Source: Balanoglossus misakiensis (taxonomy: Eukaryota > Animalia > Hemichordata). From it: a DNA stretch of 64,000 nt. The stretch lies in NCBI GenBank assembly GCA_040954595.2, contig CM082593.2:6208172-6272171 (forward strand), read 5' to 3'. Of this stretch, positions 1 through 15,000 are shown in pieces. Every line of letters starts with the position of its first letter. The first letter of the stretch is position 1. The translations under genes were made by a program, and so were the position numbers. Below the pieces are notes generated by a model, which saw nothing but the letters and a program-made list of their open reading frames with translations, made no database searches and had not been told where the DNA came from.

Positions 1-27
1 CTCACTAACATGTATGTCTGAATTCAG

Positions 28-3000
28 ATATCCAGGCTTGGTCTGGATGGTGCAGGGCAGGAATCTGTGGATAGCTTTCAGCACGATGCCAGCGAACTCA
101 GGGAGCAACCATATGGTGAGTGGACAACAGCTTACTTGGTAAATACTGTCGGCCATGACAAAACCAACTCCAATCCATAACTTTGTGTGGTAGATTTTCT
201 GACAGATTTGTGCCTTTCGTGTTCTATAGCGAATTTGGGTTAGGATAATCTGAATCGACTCTATGTCAAGAGTTGAACATTTTGTTACAGTATTTTTTGT
301 TAAACTCTCACTGATAAGGTTGCATGCTTATCAAGAATGCAGCTTGGAAGGGCAAGACAATGGTGACCTGTTCTTATTTTATCAAATATTACCATCTTTT
401 CCGTGCTATCAAGAACCACGTCGTAAAATGAGTTTTGTCTCTGCAGGCACACATAGTCCTCCAAACAAAAGACACAATCGTCACTTGACGCCCAGAGAAG
501 AACTCGCGCACAAGCGATCGCGACCGGTGCAAAGTCAACATTCCAGTCGAGGGTACGACGAGGTGGATTCCAAGCCGATTGGCACGCGACAACGGTCGCA
601 CCAGTTTGAGACTTACTCCCAGCACAGTACTAGCACTGTGGACACCGCGAGAGACAGTTACGATGATGACATCAGTCCGCCGAGGAAATCTCAGCAACCT
701 TTGTTACGCCAGTCCAGCAATTATGAGGACACGGGGCGTTCTTATCATATGTCGGACATGTTGTCGTCGAGTCAGTCGTACGAGAGCCTGGCGACGGACC
801 ACTCGGAGAGGAAAGCGCGAGTCGCCGATCTACAAAGTAAAGCTGCAGCGGCGTACGAAAGGTTGCGGGAGAGACGGCAGAGACTGAGCATGTTGCAAGA
901 TCGCAGCGCCGAAAGATCGCGGGATTATGCGAGTTTGAGCCTGCCGCAGAGACCGGAGAGGACTTCGCTGGTCAGTCACGGCCACAAGGGATCCGTTGTG
1001 TACGAGAAAGACCCGCGGACGGGGAAGGCCATTCTGGTCATCAAGCGACCGCCGAGTCTCGAACGTTTCCAGGGAAGTCGCACCCCCGAGAGGACGAGAA
1101 CGAGACCTCTCGGGCAAGCGCGAGATCGGAGCCTCGACAGACACCGCGATCGGAGCTCAGAGAGGCGCAGCGAGAGGGATTACGACAGAGCTCTGCTCAG
1201 AGACAGGACTGTTGAGAGGCCGCGGAGCAGTGCGGGGCGCGGTTACCATAGCGATGATGATACCACTCTGAGTGACCACCTAAGTGAGCAATTGAACGGA
1301 AGTCGATATACCGGTAGATCCATGACATCATTAGATACACAGACACAAGGTGAGAAAAGCATCCAGTAAAATAAGCCCATAACCCTTTCACTGACATGGT
1401 TTGGTCCAAATCCATTGTTTTCTATGGTAAGGTTGGACCTCTGAAGAAGGAACTGGGGGCGAAAGAGTTAATTAAAAAATTCGCTTAAGTTCACAAGATG
1501 CTGATGTATAATGATATTAAATGAAAAGTAGTAAGTCAACTTCTCTAATTTTCGACTATATAATTGATTTTTAGGGAGTTACCACCCAGACATGTATCCA
1601 TACTATGGTTCCACTCCAACCCTGGCATCCAGACCAGAGGACATGGACCATGGTCATGCCAGCCAACCAGATCTCAGGCATTACCCATCACATGACCGCC
1701 AACGGCCAATCAGACCTCGTCATCTGGATAGAAGCAGAGACATCTTGGGTGATGTGGCCTACGAGAGGGCACCGACCAGAAGGAAATTAAAGGTATACCT
1801 TAAAGTCAAGAGAATGCAATACATACATCGTACAGTCAATACAACAGCTACATTAAATGACAACTGACATGCATGCAAACTCCAGTGGTTTACTAAAAAA
1901 ATTGTTTTTAATTCACAGAAATTCTTTGGTCCAGAATTTGTTGTGATGAGCAGTGAGCCAAACATCACATTAGACATGCCTCCATCAATCATGGTAAGTT
2001 GCATTTCATTTTCATGTATTTCAAACATATCTGCTATGTTATGGTGAAAATAACGAGTTCTTGACTGAAAATCAGTTGATTTCAGCTGTTTCATAACCCT
2101 TAACCGATCCAGTGTATTGCAACGTATTTCTATTTTTCAGAGTAAGAACAGCAAAGTACCGCAGGGCAGGAAAAGAGTGACCGTTGTCTTGTTGAACGGT
2201 CAGCGGTTGGACCTGACCTGTGACATGGCTTCGCTGGGCAAAGAGCTGTTCGACATGGTCATCTCCCACATGGCCCTGTTGGAACACCATTGCTTTGGAC
2301 TTGCATACATCAAAAGTACGTGTGTTATCACACTGTGTGTTATTTCCGAAGGGTTTCGCCTGATGGCTTCCAACTGGTAACAGCTGGTGCCTAGTATCTT
2401 TCTGTTTACGATTTATGGATGATGTTGAGAGATTGACAATGCGAGATGGTCACATATTGCTGCAAATGGCTATAGTGTATACAATGTTGATATTAGCATA
2501 ATATTTGGAATTTTAGTCAATGTGTTTCCTTTATCTTTTATTATGTTTGTACTGTCAACAAGTGATGTTTCAGGCGTGTCATTGTAAACTCTGTCATAGA
2601 CTAGACATACAAAGTGCATGATTGTGTAAATTACAAAACCGGCTTTTGACAGAATTTGTATGTTTTTCAGTGTTTGTTTGTGGTAATGAAATATTTAATA
2701 CTGTCTGCCAACTCATGCTGAATTTAAAATCATTTTGAACAATTAATACAGATCAGGTCTTTCATAATGTCAACATAATGTAGTAGTGTTATAATGACAT
2801 GTAAATAAATGTTCATGTATTACATGTAGTGTTGAGAATAGGAATGATTCACATGAAACAGGACAGTGTTCAATTATGGCAACTGTCAATTTTAAAATCA
2901 GCATCATTACAGTGATTTCTAATTTCCCCCAACAGATGGTGAATATTTTTTCTTGGAGCCAGACACTAAACTCTACAAAGTGGCCCCAGATGGCTGGAGG

Positions 3001-6000
3001 GATGACATCAGAAGGTCAAAGACAACCATTCCTGTCTTGACGTTCACTCTGTTTTTCAGAGTCAAGTTTTATGCAGAAAATATCAGTATTTTAAGGTAGG
3101 ATCACCAAACTAGTACTGAGTGAGTGGGGTGGGGTTATATGCATTTGTAGCACTCACTGTCCTGGTGCATTGTACACTATCACACCTATATAGTTGCTGC
3201 ATCACACTTTTCTTGTTCCCATCTCAGGCATCAGGTTACCAGACACCAGTACTACTTACAGCTGCGCAAGGATATCTTGGAAGAGCGCACGCAGAGTGAT
3301 GAGGAGACCGCCTTCCAGTTGGCCTCCCTTGCACTGCAGGCCGAGATGGGAGATTACTACGAGGAGGTCGGTCACAACTATTTCCTTCCCGAGCACTACT
3401 TGCCCCGGAAGATGATCGACAAGGTCGGAGTGGAGCACATCCGGCACCAGCTTCCCACCATGCACTTCAACAATCACGGAATGTCGGATATCCAGGCTGA
3501 GTTAGAGTTCATTATGGTAAGGCATGACCTTTGACCTATGACCTCATATCCTTTACTATTGTGTTTATCTGAATTTGTTATGCATCTCAGAATATGTTAC
3601 GTAGCAGTAGTGTATTTTTGTGCAATACTTTCTGGTTGATAAATCCATCAATAGTTCAGCTGTAATTTGGAAAGAATTGTTTGCATTTAAGTCCTGATCT
3701 TGTCATGTTTTGCTGCTTATTTTGCACCCCTTGAATGTTTATAACTGATTTTGTAATAAACTTCGTTCCATCGTACAGGAAGCACGTAAGCTTGCAGAGT
3801 ACGGTATCCATTTCCACAAAGTCATGCAAATCAAGAATGAACCCCAGAGTGCAATATGGTTGGGTGTTTGTACCCGTGGTATCATCATCTACAAAATCAC
3901 CAGCGGACAGCGGACTCCGGTGCAGAAATTTGCCTGGCACCTCACCAAGAAGATTGCTTTCAATGTAAGTATTTGTGACATGTATTAAATTGTGTGTAGT
4001 GCAAAAGAGAGACTGCCAGTGTCTTATTATAGTGGGGTTAACGTCTTTGATTTGGATCAGAATTTTGATTTTCAAAATACAGGCATTGAATGTCAGAACT
4101 GTATAAACACTAGCTGTAGCGTTTAGGTGCCTGGCTCTGAGACAGATGAAATCATTAACAAATCGAGAGAAAAAATATGTTGTGTGTGTAAGCAGTGTTG
4201 CTAACCATAACACTGTCTTCGTGTATGTACACGACTGTTGCAAGGCTATCAGATCATCTGTTGCATCAAAATAGTAATTGTCTTTTTCTCCTTGCAGAGA
4301 AAGCGTTTCATTATTGAAGCTCGTGAAGGCACCGGTGAGAAATTTGTGAAATACACGGATGATTATAAGAAGTAAGTATTCCACAGGTATTCTGTTTCAT
4401 AGTGGGGAATACTGGTACTTTATTTATCTTGAGAGGTTTCAGTTTAGGATAGCATTGCTAACTTTTTGAACCTTGTAACTCAAGTAGACAATCCTAGCAT
4501 GCACAAATAGATTTTCTGTAATTTTCAACGTAATATCAAAATTCAGGGCTAACTCTCAAAATGTCTTCCCTGCAGGGGCAGATACATGTTGAGGTTCTCC
4601 TCAGCTCAGCACAAATTTCACATGGCTATGAGATCAAGAGCTAATGTATCCCAGATTTTCCATCAAGGTATGTAAGATAGATGTACTTAAAAATATCAGC
4701 TGATGCTTACTATTGCAGTGTCTTTTCATAATACACCAGGCACTGGAGAGTCCATACGTGTAGCACAAACAAACGAACACAGTCGATTTTCAAATCTACT
4801 TAGCACAAATTAGGTTTAATGTTTTCTGACTGATTCAAATTTAGACTTTGCTTTTCTTCGAATAATCCATTTCCCTAATTGCGTCAACAGAGTACCCCAG
4901 TGAAAATCCTTACGAGGATTCACACAGTTACCACGGCAACTACGAAGCTGACGAGGGAGAGTTCAGCGACTATGATAATCACCAGGACGGCTACCACAGC
5001 GATGGTAACCACAGCAACCAGTACCCGTTGAACGACTCATTAAATGGCCGCTATGGTTCCCATGGCGTTCAGAACTTCAACAGAGATGAAATGAGAATCC
5101 CGATTCCGTCGACGTCCACTTCCGGAACTCCGTCTCCCGGAAGGTAGGGCGAATTATCAGGAAAGCCAACCAAAACAGACTGGCTATCAATAGAAAAATA
5201 TGAAACCAAATGAAATGTGAACTAATATGTTGCCAAGAACACTGCACATTGCCATCTTCAAGGAAGTAATCCCAGACCTACTGTTCATGTTTTGCTAAGT
5301 GACCAACAAGCAAAGTCCCACTATACATGCACTGCAAGCAAGAAAATCACATCAAAATTTGCACTTTTCATTTTTCCCTTCACACAGAAACACAGACAGT
5401 GAGCCACTGACCCCTCGAACTCCACGCGAACCGAGTCGAAGAAGTGCACCCTATGACAGAGAGCCTCGGTTGTACAGGGAACCCCCTAGTATGCATAACT
5501 CTAGTCAAAGTCTTCCAGCGTATGTCATAGGTAGGTAACACCTGGGATGTTCTTGTAAGATGAGAATTTCTGCATCACTATGTGCTGTTGGTAGTTGTTC
5601 TGTTTCAAAATAATGAGGAATGAGACGCATTTGTTTTTTCAACTTTGTGTATAAGATAATCTTAATCAGGAGTGGACTGTATGGTAATTTGGCAGAGACA
5701 ATAATTACACTATCATTTGACTTCATCCTGCTAGAACTGTCGTGCTGCAGACCTGAATAGCACCCTCTTTTGCTGTGATAAGAAGCACCAACAGTGCACT
5801 CCGTGAACAAGAAACATTTCTTAAACTTTTTCCTTTTTTCGCTCCGCAGATACCAGCATCAGAAGTGCTCTGTCGCCGAACAGCTATCTCGAAAATGAGA
5901 CAATCAGTGAAACCCTACAAGAACGCTTGAATGCACTTCCGTCCCCCGAACACCCAGAAAGAGACATTATTATAGTCAAGATAGAGAGAGATCCCAAAGT

Positions 6001-9000
6001 TGGGCTAGGTATGGACGAAATTTACCTTCCATGTCATTGCTGTGTATGTAATAAGACAACTTAGTATAGTAGGCTTTTATTAGCTCCTATATGATGGTCT
6101 TGTAACTATTAACCTTATTATCTGACAGGCTTCACGATCGTTGGAGGACAAAACCCACGTAGTCTCGACCTGGGCATCTTCATCAAATCCATCCTCCCAG
6201 GGGGGCCAGCGCACAAGGCAGGACAGCTGAAAGCTGGTGATAGGTTGATTTCTGTCAATGGTCACAGCTTGGAGGGCATCACGCACGAAGTGGCCGTTGA
6301 GAGACTTGCTTCGGCCGGTGAATCGGTGGAGATTATCGCTTCTCAACCTCAGACTGTCAAAGGTGGGAAAGTGTTGTGTGATTTTTGATTTTATACAAAT
6401 GTCATGAAGTAAAAGTAAATATTAACATTCTAAGTAGCATAGTGTCTTTATTTATTGACGTCATTGGCCCTTGACCAGTTGTATGTATACACAGCAGACT
6501 TGCAGAAGGGGTAGTTATACATATTCCAGGGCTAACAAGGGACAAATTTCTTTACATTTTGGTTCAACTGTATTATGTCAACATACAAATTGGTCTTTAT
6601 ATGCTGTTTAGAAATTGCTTCTTTATCGGCTTATAGTCATAAACTCTCAAAATTATGTTGATAAAAAAGCAATATGTACTGTTATTCACCACTCCAGGAC
6701 GTGCACCACCACCGCAAAGGAACAGTGTGTCCTCAGAAGAAACTGTGACTTCACAACAGGATATCAACCAATCTGTGGAATCATTGAAGAAGAAGAAGAC
6801 TCCACCGATTAAACCAAAGAGATCGGCCAACAGTTTGACTGCAGGACTGAACGGAGGAAGCACTGAGGTCATATCAAGGGAGAACGATGAACAGTCGAAC
6901 GCCTTACCAGACAGTTATGATTTTGTGGACGGTAGGAACGACCAGCCAGGCAGTTACTTGGATCATAAAGACAGGATCGAAAATGCAGATTACGAGGAGC
7001 ATGATGGACGTGGAGCTGTGGACAGGGAGGGTAGTGAGAACTCAAGCAACGTCTCCACTCCTAATATGTCTGACGATGAACATTTTATGCCGGATGAAAG
7101 CGGACAGGTGCGCGCGGGAGATGAGGTTGCCAGGGTGAGGGATGATGAGGAGGAGGAAGAGGATGTATTGAGTGGCTCTTATGGACAAGAGGAGGAAAAC
7201 ACAGATGGGGAGGAGGGAGATATGTATAAACCTGGCGATGTCTTTGAAGTCGAACTCAGCAAAGTCAATGGTAGTCTGGGACTCAGTGTTACAGTAAGTT
7301 ACCATGTGTTTGGCCTACATGTCATGTATACCACTTTAACAATTGTTCAGTGACAGCATTGTTACATTTTATAGGACGACAAGTGCAAGATATGTTGACA
7401 TGACATGTTCAGGCAATTTTTTCGGTTGGATTCCAAACCAGAATGATAAATGTTCACATAGTTGTATATGCTGCATGCGAACTAAACAGCGCTGTCATGA
7501 CAAGATGGCCGACATTCTGCATGCAACAGTAGCTGAAAGCACTCCCAGATGACTCCATTGGTTGTCTTTTCTTAGGGTGGTGTCAATACCAGTGTGAAAC
7601 ACGGCGGTATCTACATCAAGTCTATCTTTGAAGATGGAGCTGCACAGGCAGACGGCAGACTCAAAATCGGTGAGTTAAATCTTTGCTGTGTTACACTTTA
7701 CAATCATGAGAACCTTATGCTGTGAGGCTGTAGTAAAAGGGCTGTATTCTACATCTTAGTTCAATTCTATCCTATCAGTAAGCATTTGAAAAACCTGTAT
7801 AAAATGTCCTGAAATTTTTGTGAAGTGAAGTAGTGCTCTAAATCTTATGTGAAGTGTCAAAGATTTGTACAGATTTGCTCTTTGTGCATGTGGTGTTCCA
7901 TAGTCTATTTCAGCATTTATAGTAGGGAATGTATTGGGATATAAAGCCCCTCATATATTCTTTGTGTATAGGTGACCGTGTGTTGAAGGTGAATCGGGTT
8001 GAGTTAGTGGGAGTCACACACAAACAGGCAGTAGAGACATTGAGACAGGCTCCTAACAGGACCGTCCTCGTGGTAGAGCGAGGTGTCCCTCCCAGCGGTG
8101 GGCAGGCCCTGCCTCCCACTCCGGTGGCCACGCCCACCGGCGAAGTGCTGGAGAAGTCCGCGGTCGTGGTGGCCAACGCGGCACTGGCCGGCCGGAGAAC
8201 GCCAAGTCGAGGGACACCCTCGGTGGATGGCAGCCAGGCGTCGCCGTCGGTGGAGCACAGGGCGACGCCCGCGCTGAGCAACCGGACCACGCCCAGCCTG
8301 ACCGGCAGATCGACTCAGATGCAGAACAGCCGGGGGACCCCTACATCAGATTTCAGGAGGACACAGAGTATTGCGACTCCTGATGAGGAATTTTACAGCA
8401 GAGAAACAGGAACACCGAAAACAAACAGCCCAGTGCCATCACATGGCCACAGAACATCTCCGTCAAAAGACATAGCGACAGCACAAAGACAGCTGCCAGT
8501 GACGCCCCAAAGATACACACCTACTGAGTCAAAGAGGACAGACTACGTCACAGATCTACTCCAAGACGTGCCAAATTATCCGTTCATCAGCAAAGGTATT
8601 ACCATAGTTCAAAATCAGTACTTTCTCATTTACACCACAAATGTTTATGCAGTATTAAACTTGACATAACTGAGGAGGTTGTTAGTGTAGCATACTGTAA
8701 GTCTGATTGTGTCATTTATTAAAGCTATACAGTCGCCCATGAAAATTTAGCCACAGTCACCATGGAAAGGTGAGATCTAGCCAGTCACAAATTTTCAGTG
8801 GATGGCCACTGACAAAAGTGCGCCCCTATATGGTCATTTTACTTATGAAGTGATATGATGTGTTGACATTCGCACACCACATCTGGTGGACCCCGCTTTT
8901 TTTCATGATTATATGTATTCGGTTTTCTTCCCAGACAACGTCTATCAAGTTGAGCTCAGCAAAGGCAACAGTGGTTTCGGATTCAGCATCCAAGGTGGCG

Positions 9001-12000
9001 GGGCCAAACACAAAGACCCTCTGTTGAACCTGATCCGAATCCGGAAGCTCTTCCCGAACCAGCCAGCGGCCAACAGCGGTCTCATGCAGGAAGGGGACGT
9101 CATCTTAAAAGTGAACGATTCTGCCCTACACACACTGAACCATGCGGTGAGTGTCCTCTGCAGTCATGGATACATTATCCCTTTCACCACCATGGTTTGA
9201 CCCAAGACCATTGTGTACTATGGTGAAATTGGACCTCTACAGAGGAAAAAGGGGTTGAAAGGGTATAGATAGTATATGTCTTGGGGACAGATTTTCAAAA
9301 TATGATAGTCCTCCAAGAAGTATTTTTGAAACCAAAGAAGAAAACATGGTGTACACCATCTTGTTTTCATGAAAATCGCTACTTCAAATTTTCTTCATAG
9401 ACTTAAGACACAGATTTTCTTCACTTTTTTATGTATATTAGGAAACCGTCAATGTACTGCGTACGTCACCACCTGACGTTACCTTGGTGATGTGCCGGCC
9501 ACCCCCAGGAGCTCTCCCAAACAAAGAAACGGTAAGTTAAAACTTTGTGGCTTTGACATTTGATCCATCCATCCATCATTCATTGCAGGTATATACTGCG
9601 ATAATAGCCAGCAGTTTCTCATTTACATGTATCCGATATCTGTGGTTTATCCACACAAATAATCGATACTTTATTTGTTCTATCTTCCAGAGCAAAGGTG
9701 ACTATGACTCGGACAGTCCTCGCGTCACCCCGTCGCCGCAGACGATCCAAGCCGAAATCCAGCCGTCGCTAAGCAACCAAAACTCCTTCGATTCATTCGC
9801 GATGGACTCGCCGGCAGCATCGCCGGTCGCCGCAGCAACCAAGACGAAGAGACTGTCCTCGACGGAGACTCTGGCAATGGCAGAGAAGTCTTCGCTTGCA
9901 GACGATAGAGGTGTGATATCACCGGTCTCCGTGGAAACATCTCAAACATCATCTATGTCCACGCCGTCTCCCTCTAAGAGATCATCAATGCAGGGTGTAG
10001 GTTGACTTCAATTTTAACTCGACATAAATGTATACTGTGTTTCATAAAGCTTTATGAATTTAATAAGCCACCTGGCAGTCATATACGAAGAGGTTTTCTT
10101 GGAGTGCAGGCTTTGATAAAAAATAATTCAACCTTTTCACCACCATGGTTGAGTCCAAACCCATTATTTTCTATGGTCAAGTTGGACCTCTAAAGAAGAA
10201 AACTGGGAGTGAAAGGGTTACATCCCCCTCTAAATACTTCTGAATCCCTCCCTCTGTTATATTTTGTATCAACTGTGGTATTCAAATCTCTGTCCACCTT
10301 CACCTTGTCTCTACAGGAAACTATTGACGTGACGCTTCTGAAACCAGAGAGAGGTGGTCTGGGTTTCACGGTGGCTGGAGGTGTGGAATCAGGCGGCTGC
10401 TACATCAAGGGCATTGTGCAAGACCCGGCCAAGTCTGATGGTAGACTGAGGAAAGGGGATAGACTCATTAAGGTAAGCTGGTACTCGGACAAAAGTTGCA
10501 AGTACCTCAAAGTTTACGTTTAGTTTTATTTGTGTATTAAAGAGGAACGAATGTGTACACAACCAGTGGACTACTGCAGTGAAAAACATGAATTCAAATA
10601 ATGTCACATTTTCAACAACTTTGGTCGCTGTACAAAAATGAATGTATAAAACTATGGTTGCCTGCATTAGTATTAAACCGACACTTGCATTTTTTGTGAC
10701 CTTTGACGTACAGGTGAATGGTCACGACATGACCTCAATGAGTCATTTTGAAGCGGTCTCATTCCTTCGGACAACGCCGCAAGAGGTCAACATTGTTGTC
10801 TTGCGCCCGGTCGAATCGCCCGTCAAAACTGCACCTTCCTCTTCGAACGAGATGGCCATCGTCTCCATCAGACGCACCAACGCCGGCCATCTTGGATTGA
10901 GTCTCAGAAGCAGCGGTGGACACATCTACGTGGAGGATGTCACGCCTAGTTCCCCGGCGGACCAGAACGGCAACGTGCAGGCCGGCGATGAAGTGTTTGC
11001 CATCAATGGCACGCCCGTGAGAGGGGTCAGTTTGGGACAGGCCATGCAGATTTTGGACGATGCTGATCCTGTCGTGGATCTGCAACTCATCAGGTGGGTT
11101 TCTGTGCTAAAGCATTGATTTGAAAATGCCTGATTGTAAAAAATACTGTGCATGTGTTGTGCTGTGTTGCGAGGTAGATATCCAAGTCATGTGAATGGAG
11201 AATGTTACACAAAATTTGCCGAATATTCTTTCTAACTTGCATAAACTTTTTTTTACTTTCATCACAGAGATGGAATGCCAGTATCGGTGCAATCTCCGTC
11301 TGTTTCCATACCAACCAGTCCATCATCCTCTGTCACCAGTCCGTTACCCAGGCAACCGACGCCCTACATCCCCAACCAGGACAGTTTCTCCTCTCCTGAA
11401 CATCAGCCCAAGTCCAATGCCGATTCGGATATCGACATCGGCGAGCTGTCCTCATCTGAAAGCGAAGCTGAGGCAGAAGTCAAGGCGCACGTGCGGGGAC
11501 TGGTCGGCGCGTTCGAGACCAACCAACACAACGTGATCAGAAACAAGCAGTATGGCAGAAGCAAGGCACCGGTTCAACCCACGTCCAGCGACAGCGACGG
11601 GGAGGTCGTCGACAGGCAACCGATGCAGTCAACGGTTCAAGTGCACCAAGAAGTTGGCGGCACGAGAGACAACCCTGCTGAGGTGCGTCCCATTTGTAAA
11701 AACTCTTAAGCTGAGCATGCATTCCATTAATTTGTCTTTCTCCACGCGACAGAGCCTGGACCAGTTCGTAAATGTAGCCTTTGTTCTTATAGGGTGGTGT
11801 GATAAAACTAGAGTTAGTAAAGCCATCTAATGGAGGGCTTGGATTCAGCCTTATTGGAGGAGAGAAGGGCGGAATGACAGGTGTGTTTATCAAGACCATA
11901 ACTCAAGGAAGTATTGCTGACCAAGATGGCCGCCTACACGTTGGCGACAGGCTTTTACAAGTAAGAATGTTGGAAAATAAGTTAGCTAGTACTGTAAGAT

Positions 12001-15000
12001 TTTCAAGCCAACTTCAAATTTTAATGCACCCTGACCTATATGACATAATTTGGAAGTTTTTATGTGAGTCTGCAAGTTTGTTTTTGAGTTGAGACTGGCG
12101 ATGGTCACACGACAAATGTACAGTAATGCCAGGATGGATTAATTGCAAGTTGAATTTCTCGATTGCAGGTCAATAGGGAAAGTTTAGTGGGAATGACCCA
12201 CAACAAGGCAGTGGCCATTCTAAGGAAGACAAAGGGAACCGTGAAACTGGCTGTGTCCAGGTAAGTCTGGTCACATAAATACACGAAGTGGCATTTTGTT
12301 GTTGTATCCTTGATAATTTGTCTCTGTATAAGTACATGTATGTGTACCCAAAACTTTGCCTGTACATAGCTATGAATTTTGTACAACTGACATGCCAGTT
12401 CTCAACCCAGGAAAAGTGCCAGTACCTTAAGACTCAACACAGTGATGCAACAATAATTTGATACATCTCTTTCACAGACCCCCGTCATCTAGACCTCAAA
12501 GTAGGATCGGTCAGCCTATTGGGGACGAAGCAACACACAGCCAAACAAAGAAGACAGGTCAGTTTATCAAAAGCACTGATGTGCAGAACATTGCATTGAG
12601 CGATGTGCCCATATTTCCTTGGATGGCTACCCCCCTTATTTGAAGTGGTGTTTGTCTCAGAGCTGTTAATAAAATGTACTCATTCAGTTTTCTGGGGTTT
12701 TATCACACAGATGAATCTGACCACAGTGAGAGTATAGGATTCAGTTCCTCCGTCTCCCTGCCTCTCAGCCGCCAGAGTCCGGCCCACGCCAACCGCGGAT
12801 CCCACGGCTCGGGTCACAACACCGACAGCGACTTCGACGCGGCGTTCGATCTGCCCGACGATTCGTCGAAGCCTCGGAAGAAGCACGGCGCGGAGAGCGG
12901 CGGCGAGTCGAGCCCGTGGACCAGCGACGTGGACGTCCCCCTCGAAGATGGAAGCCTGTCGCCGACGCCCCGGGAGAAGTCGAACGCGACGAGCGTAGTA
13001 GTCAGCGACAGCGAACTCCTGCGCATGTTGTTGGTGAAACCGGTCAACGGAGGGCGGTACACCGGTAAAAGCTTGCAGAATATCATCGCTAACATGCAGA
13101 AGCAGATCGAGAAGCAGGACCCGGTGGAGGAGTACAAGGTATTAAAGATTGTAGCGTTGGCCGTTACTTTCCTCCAGTGTTGCTTCAAATGTCTGGTGTT
13201 TCTTTCCGCCAGTGATGCATGAAAATGTAGTTTATTTGGAACGTTCACAGTCTGTGAGGAGTGACTGTGGTACAATATATCTCTCACTTCATCAAACAGT
13301 GACTGTTTCTCTTGAATATTTCAGCAACTGCGTCTTGTCAAGGCGGTGGATGACTGCGAGACTGCCAAAAATCCAACCAACAAGGACAAGAACAGATACA
13401 GGAACGTGCTACCATGTAAGTACTTTAACCGTTATTCCAACATGATTTCCCAGACATAAATTCGTCAGGAATATTAGCGGAGACGCCTGTGCATTCAGTA
13501 AGCTATCTACGGTGGATGTATGACACAAAGAGTGAATCTCTTTTCTTTGATTTCGTAGACGACGTGACGAGAGTGAAACTGAAGGAAGGCGGGGCAAGCA
13601 ACTACATCAACGCCAGTCACGTACGATGGTCTGTGGGGAATGCGCCCTACCACTACATCGCGTGCCAGGGGCCGCTGCCTCACACAACCGGGGATTTCTG
13701 GCAGATGATCTGGGAACACGAGGTCAATGTCATTGCCATGGTTACCATGGATATGGAGAACGGAAAGGTAAAGATGCTATTGTGTTCTCAATCCAGTCCA
13801 TTGTCTCATTTTGGATTCATTGATGAATGGGTATGACTTGCAACAGATGTGAACATTTTTTTATTCATGACTTTCAGGTCAAATGTCACCGGTACTGGCC
13901 AGACAGTGTGGACACGCCCCTGATTGTCCAAGGTCGATTTGAACTTCAGATGACAGATCTCCAAACTCTGGAAAATTTCGACATCAGACATATTACGATG
14001 AGCGACATGAAGGTGAGCATTTTATGCACTGATATACAGGCACACCTACCATCCACATATAACATTGATATTTCAAGTATAAAATAGTTCTGTTTTACCA
14101 TATATTTTCTTGTTGTACTAGTTGACGGATGCATTTTCCTTGTTTTGTTTGTGTTCCTAGACTGGCAAAGAATGGAAAGTGACTCATCTGAACTTCACGA
14201 CGTGGCCAGACCATGGCGTACCAGTGTCTGGCCTCCCATTGGTCCGTTACATGCGTCACATGCGTAGGATACACAAGTCTGGACCAATCGTGGTGCACTG
14301 CAGTGCGGGGATCGGTCGCACTGGCACCGTGATCACCATCGATTTGATTCTTGCCATGATTGAGAGAGATCTGGATGTAAGTGAATTTACTTTTTTTTTG
14401 TTGGAGTGCATGCAATAATGGAGTGAACATGAATGTCTTTGAGATTCATATAAAAATACCGAGAGGTTTCTTTTTTGTTTTCATCCAATCAGTTGACATT
14501 TCTTGACAATTTTGAAACTTTCTGTTACAGTTCAGTATTCATGAAATAGTGCAAGGATTGAGAGGTCAACGGCAGGGAATGATCCAAACCAAGGTAAGAT
14601 TATTGAACTTTAACCCCTAAATTAGTCTATAAAAAATAGCCTGCAGCCTGTACATCTGTACAGAGAAATAAAAGCGTCCATCACCTGTGTTTATAAAAGG
14701 CCAAGAAATGTACCCAGGGCATTTGTGTGGGGACAAACATTAGACCTTTGTCTGAAACCTATAACTGTTTGTTACTTGTACGTTTATCTCAGATTTACGG
14801 ACGTTTTGTCATCTTAATTATAGCACAGACAATGAACTTCGAGAGACAAAAAGAAAGGTGTCTCCAGTGAAGCTTAAACCCTCCTGTTGACAAAATTTCA
14901 GATTCTGTCACTACCAATGACAAACCAGATTTGATTTACTAATGCAACTTCTCATGTGTTCCTTGCAGGACCAGTATATCTTCTGCTACAAGACGATTCT

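Noticed and set aside
3656-4384. 242-aa antisense ORF and other antisense/overlapping ORFs over PTPN13, FZ and PPM1K exons
   Set aside because: These are shadows of real exons or AT-rich intron with no domain signal.
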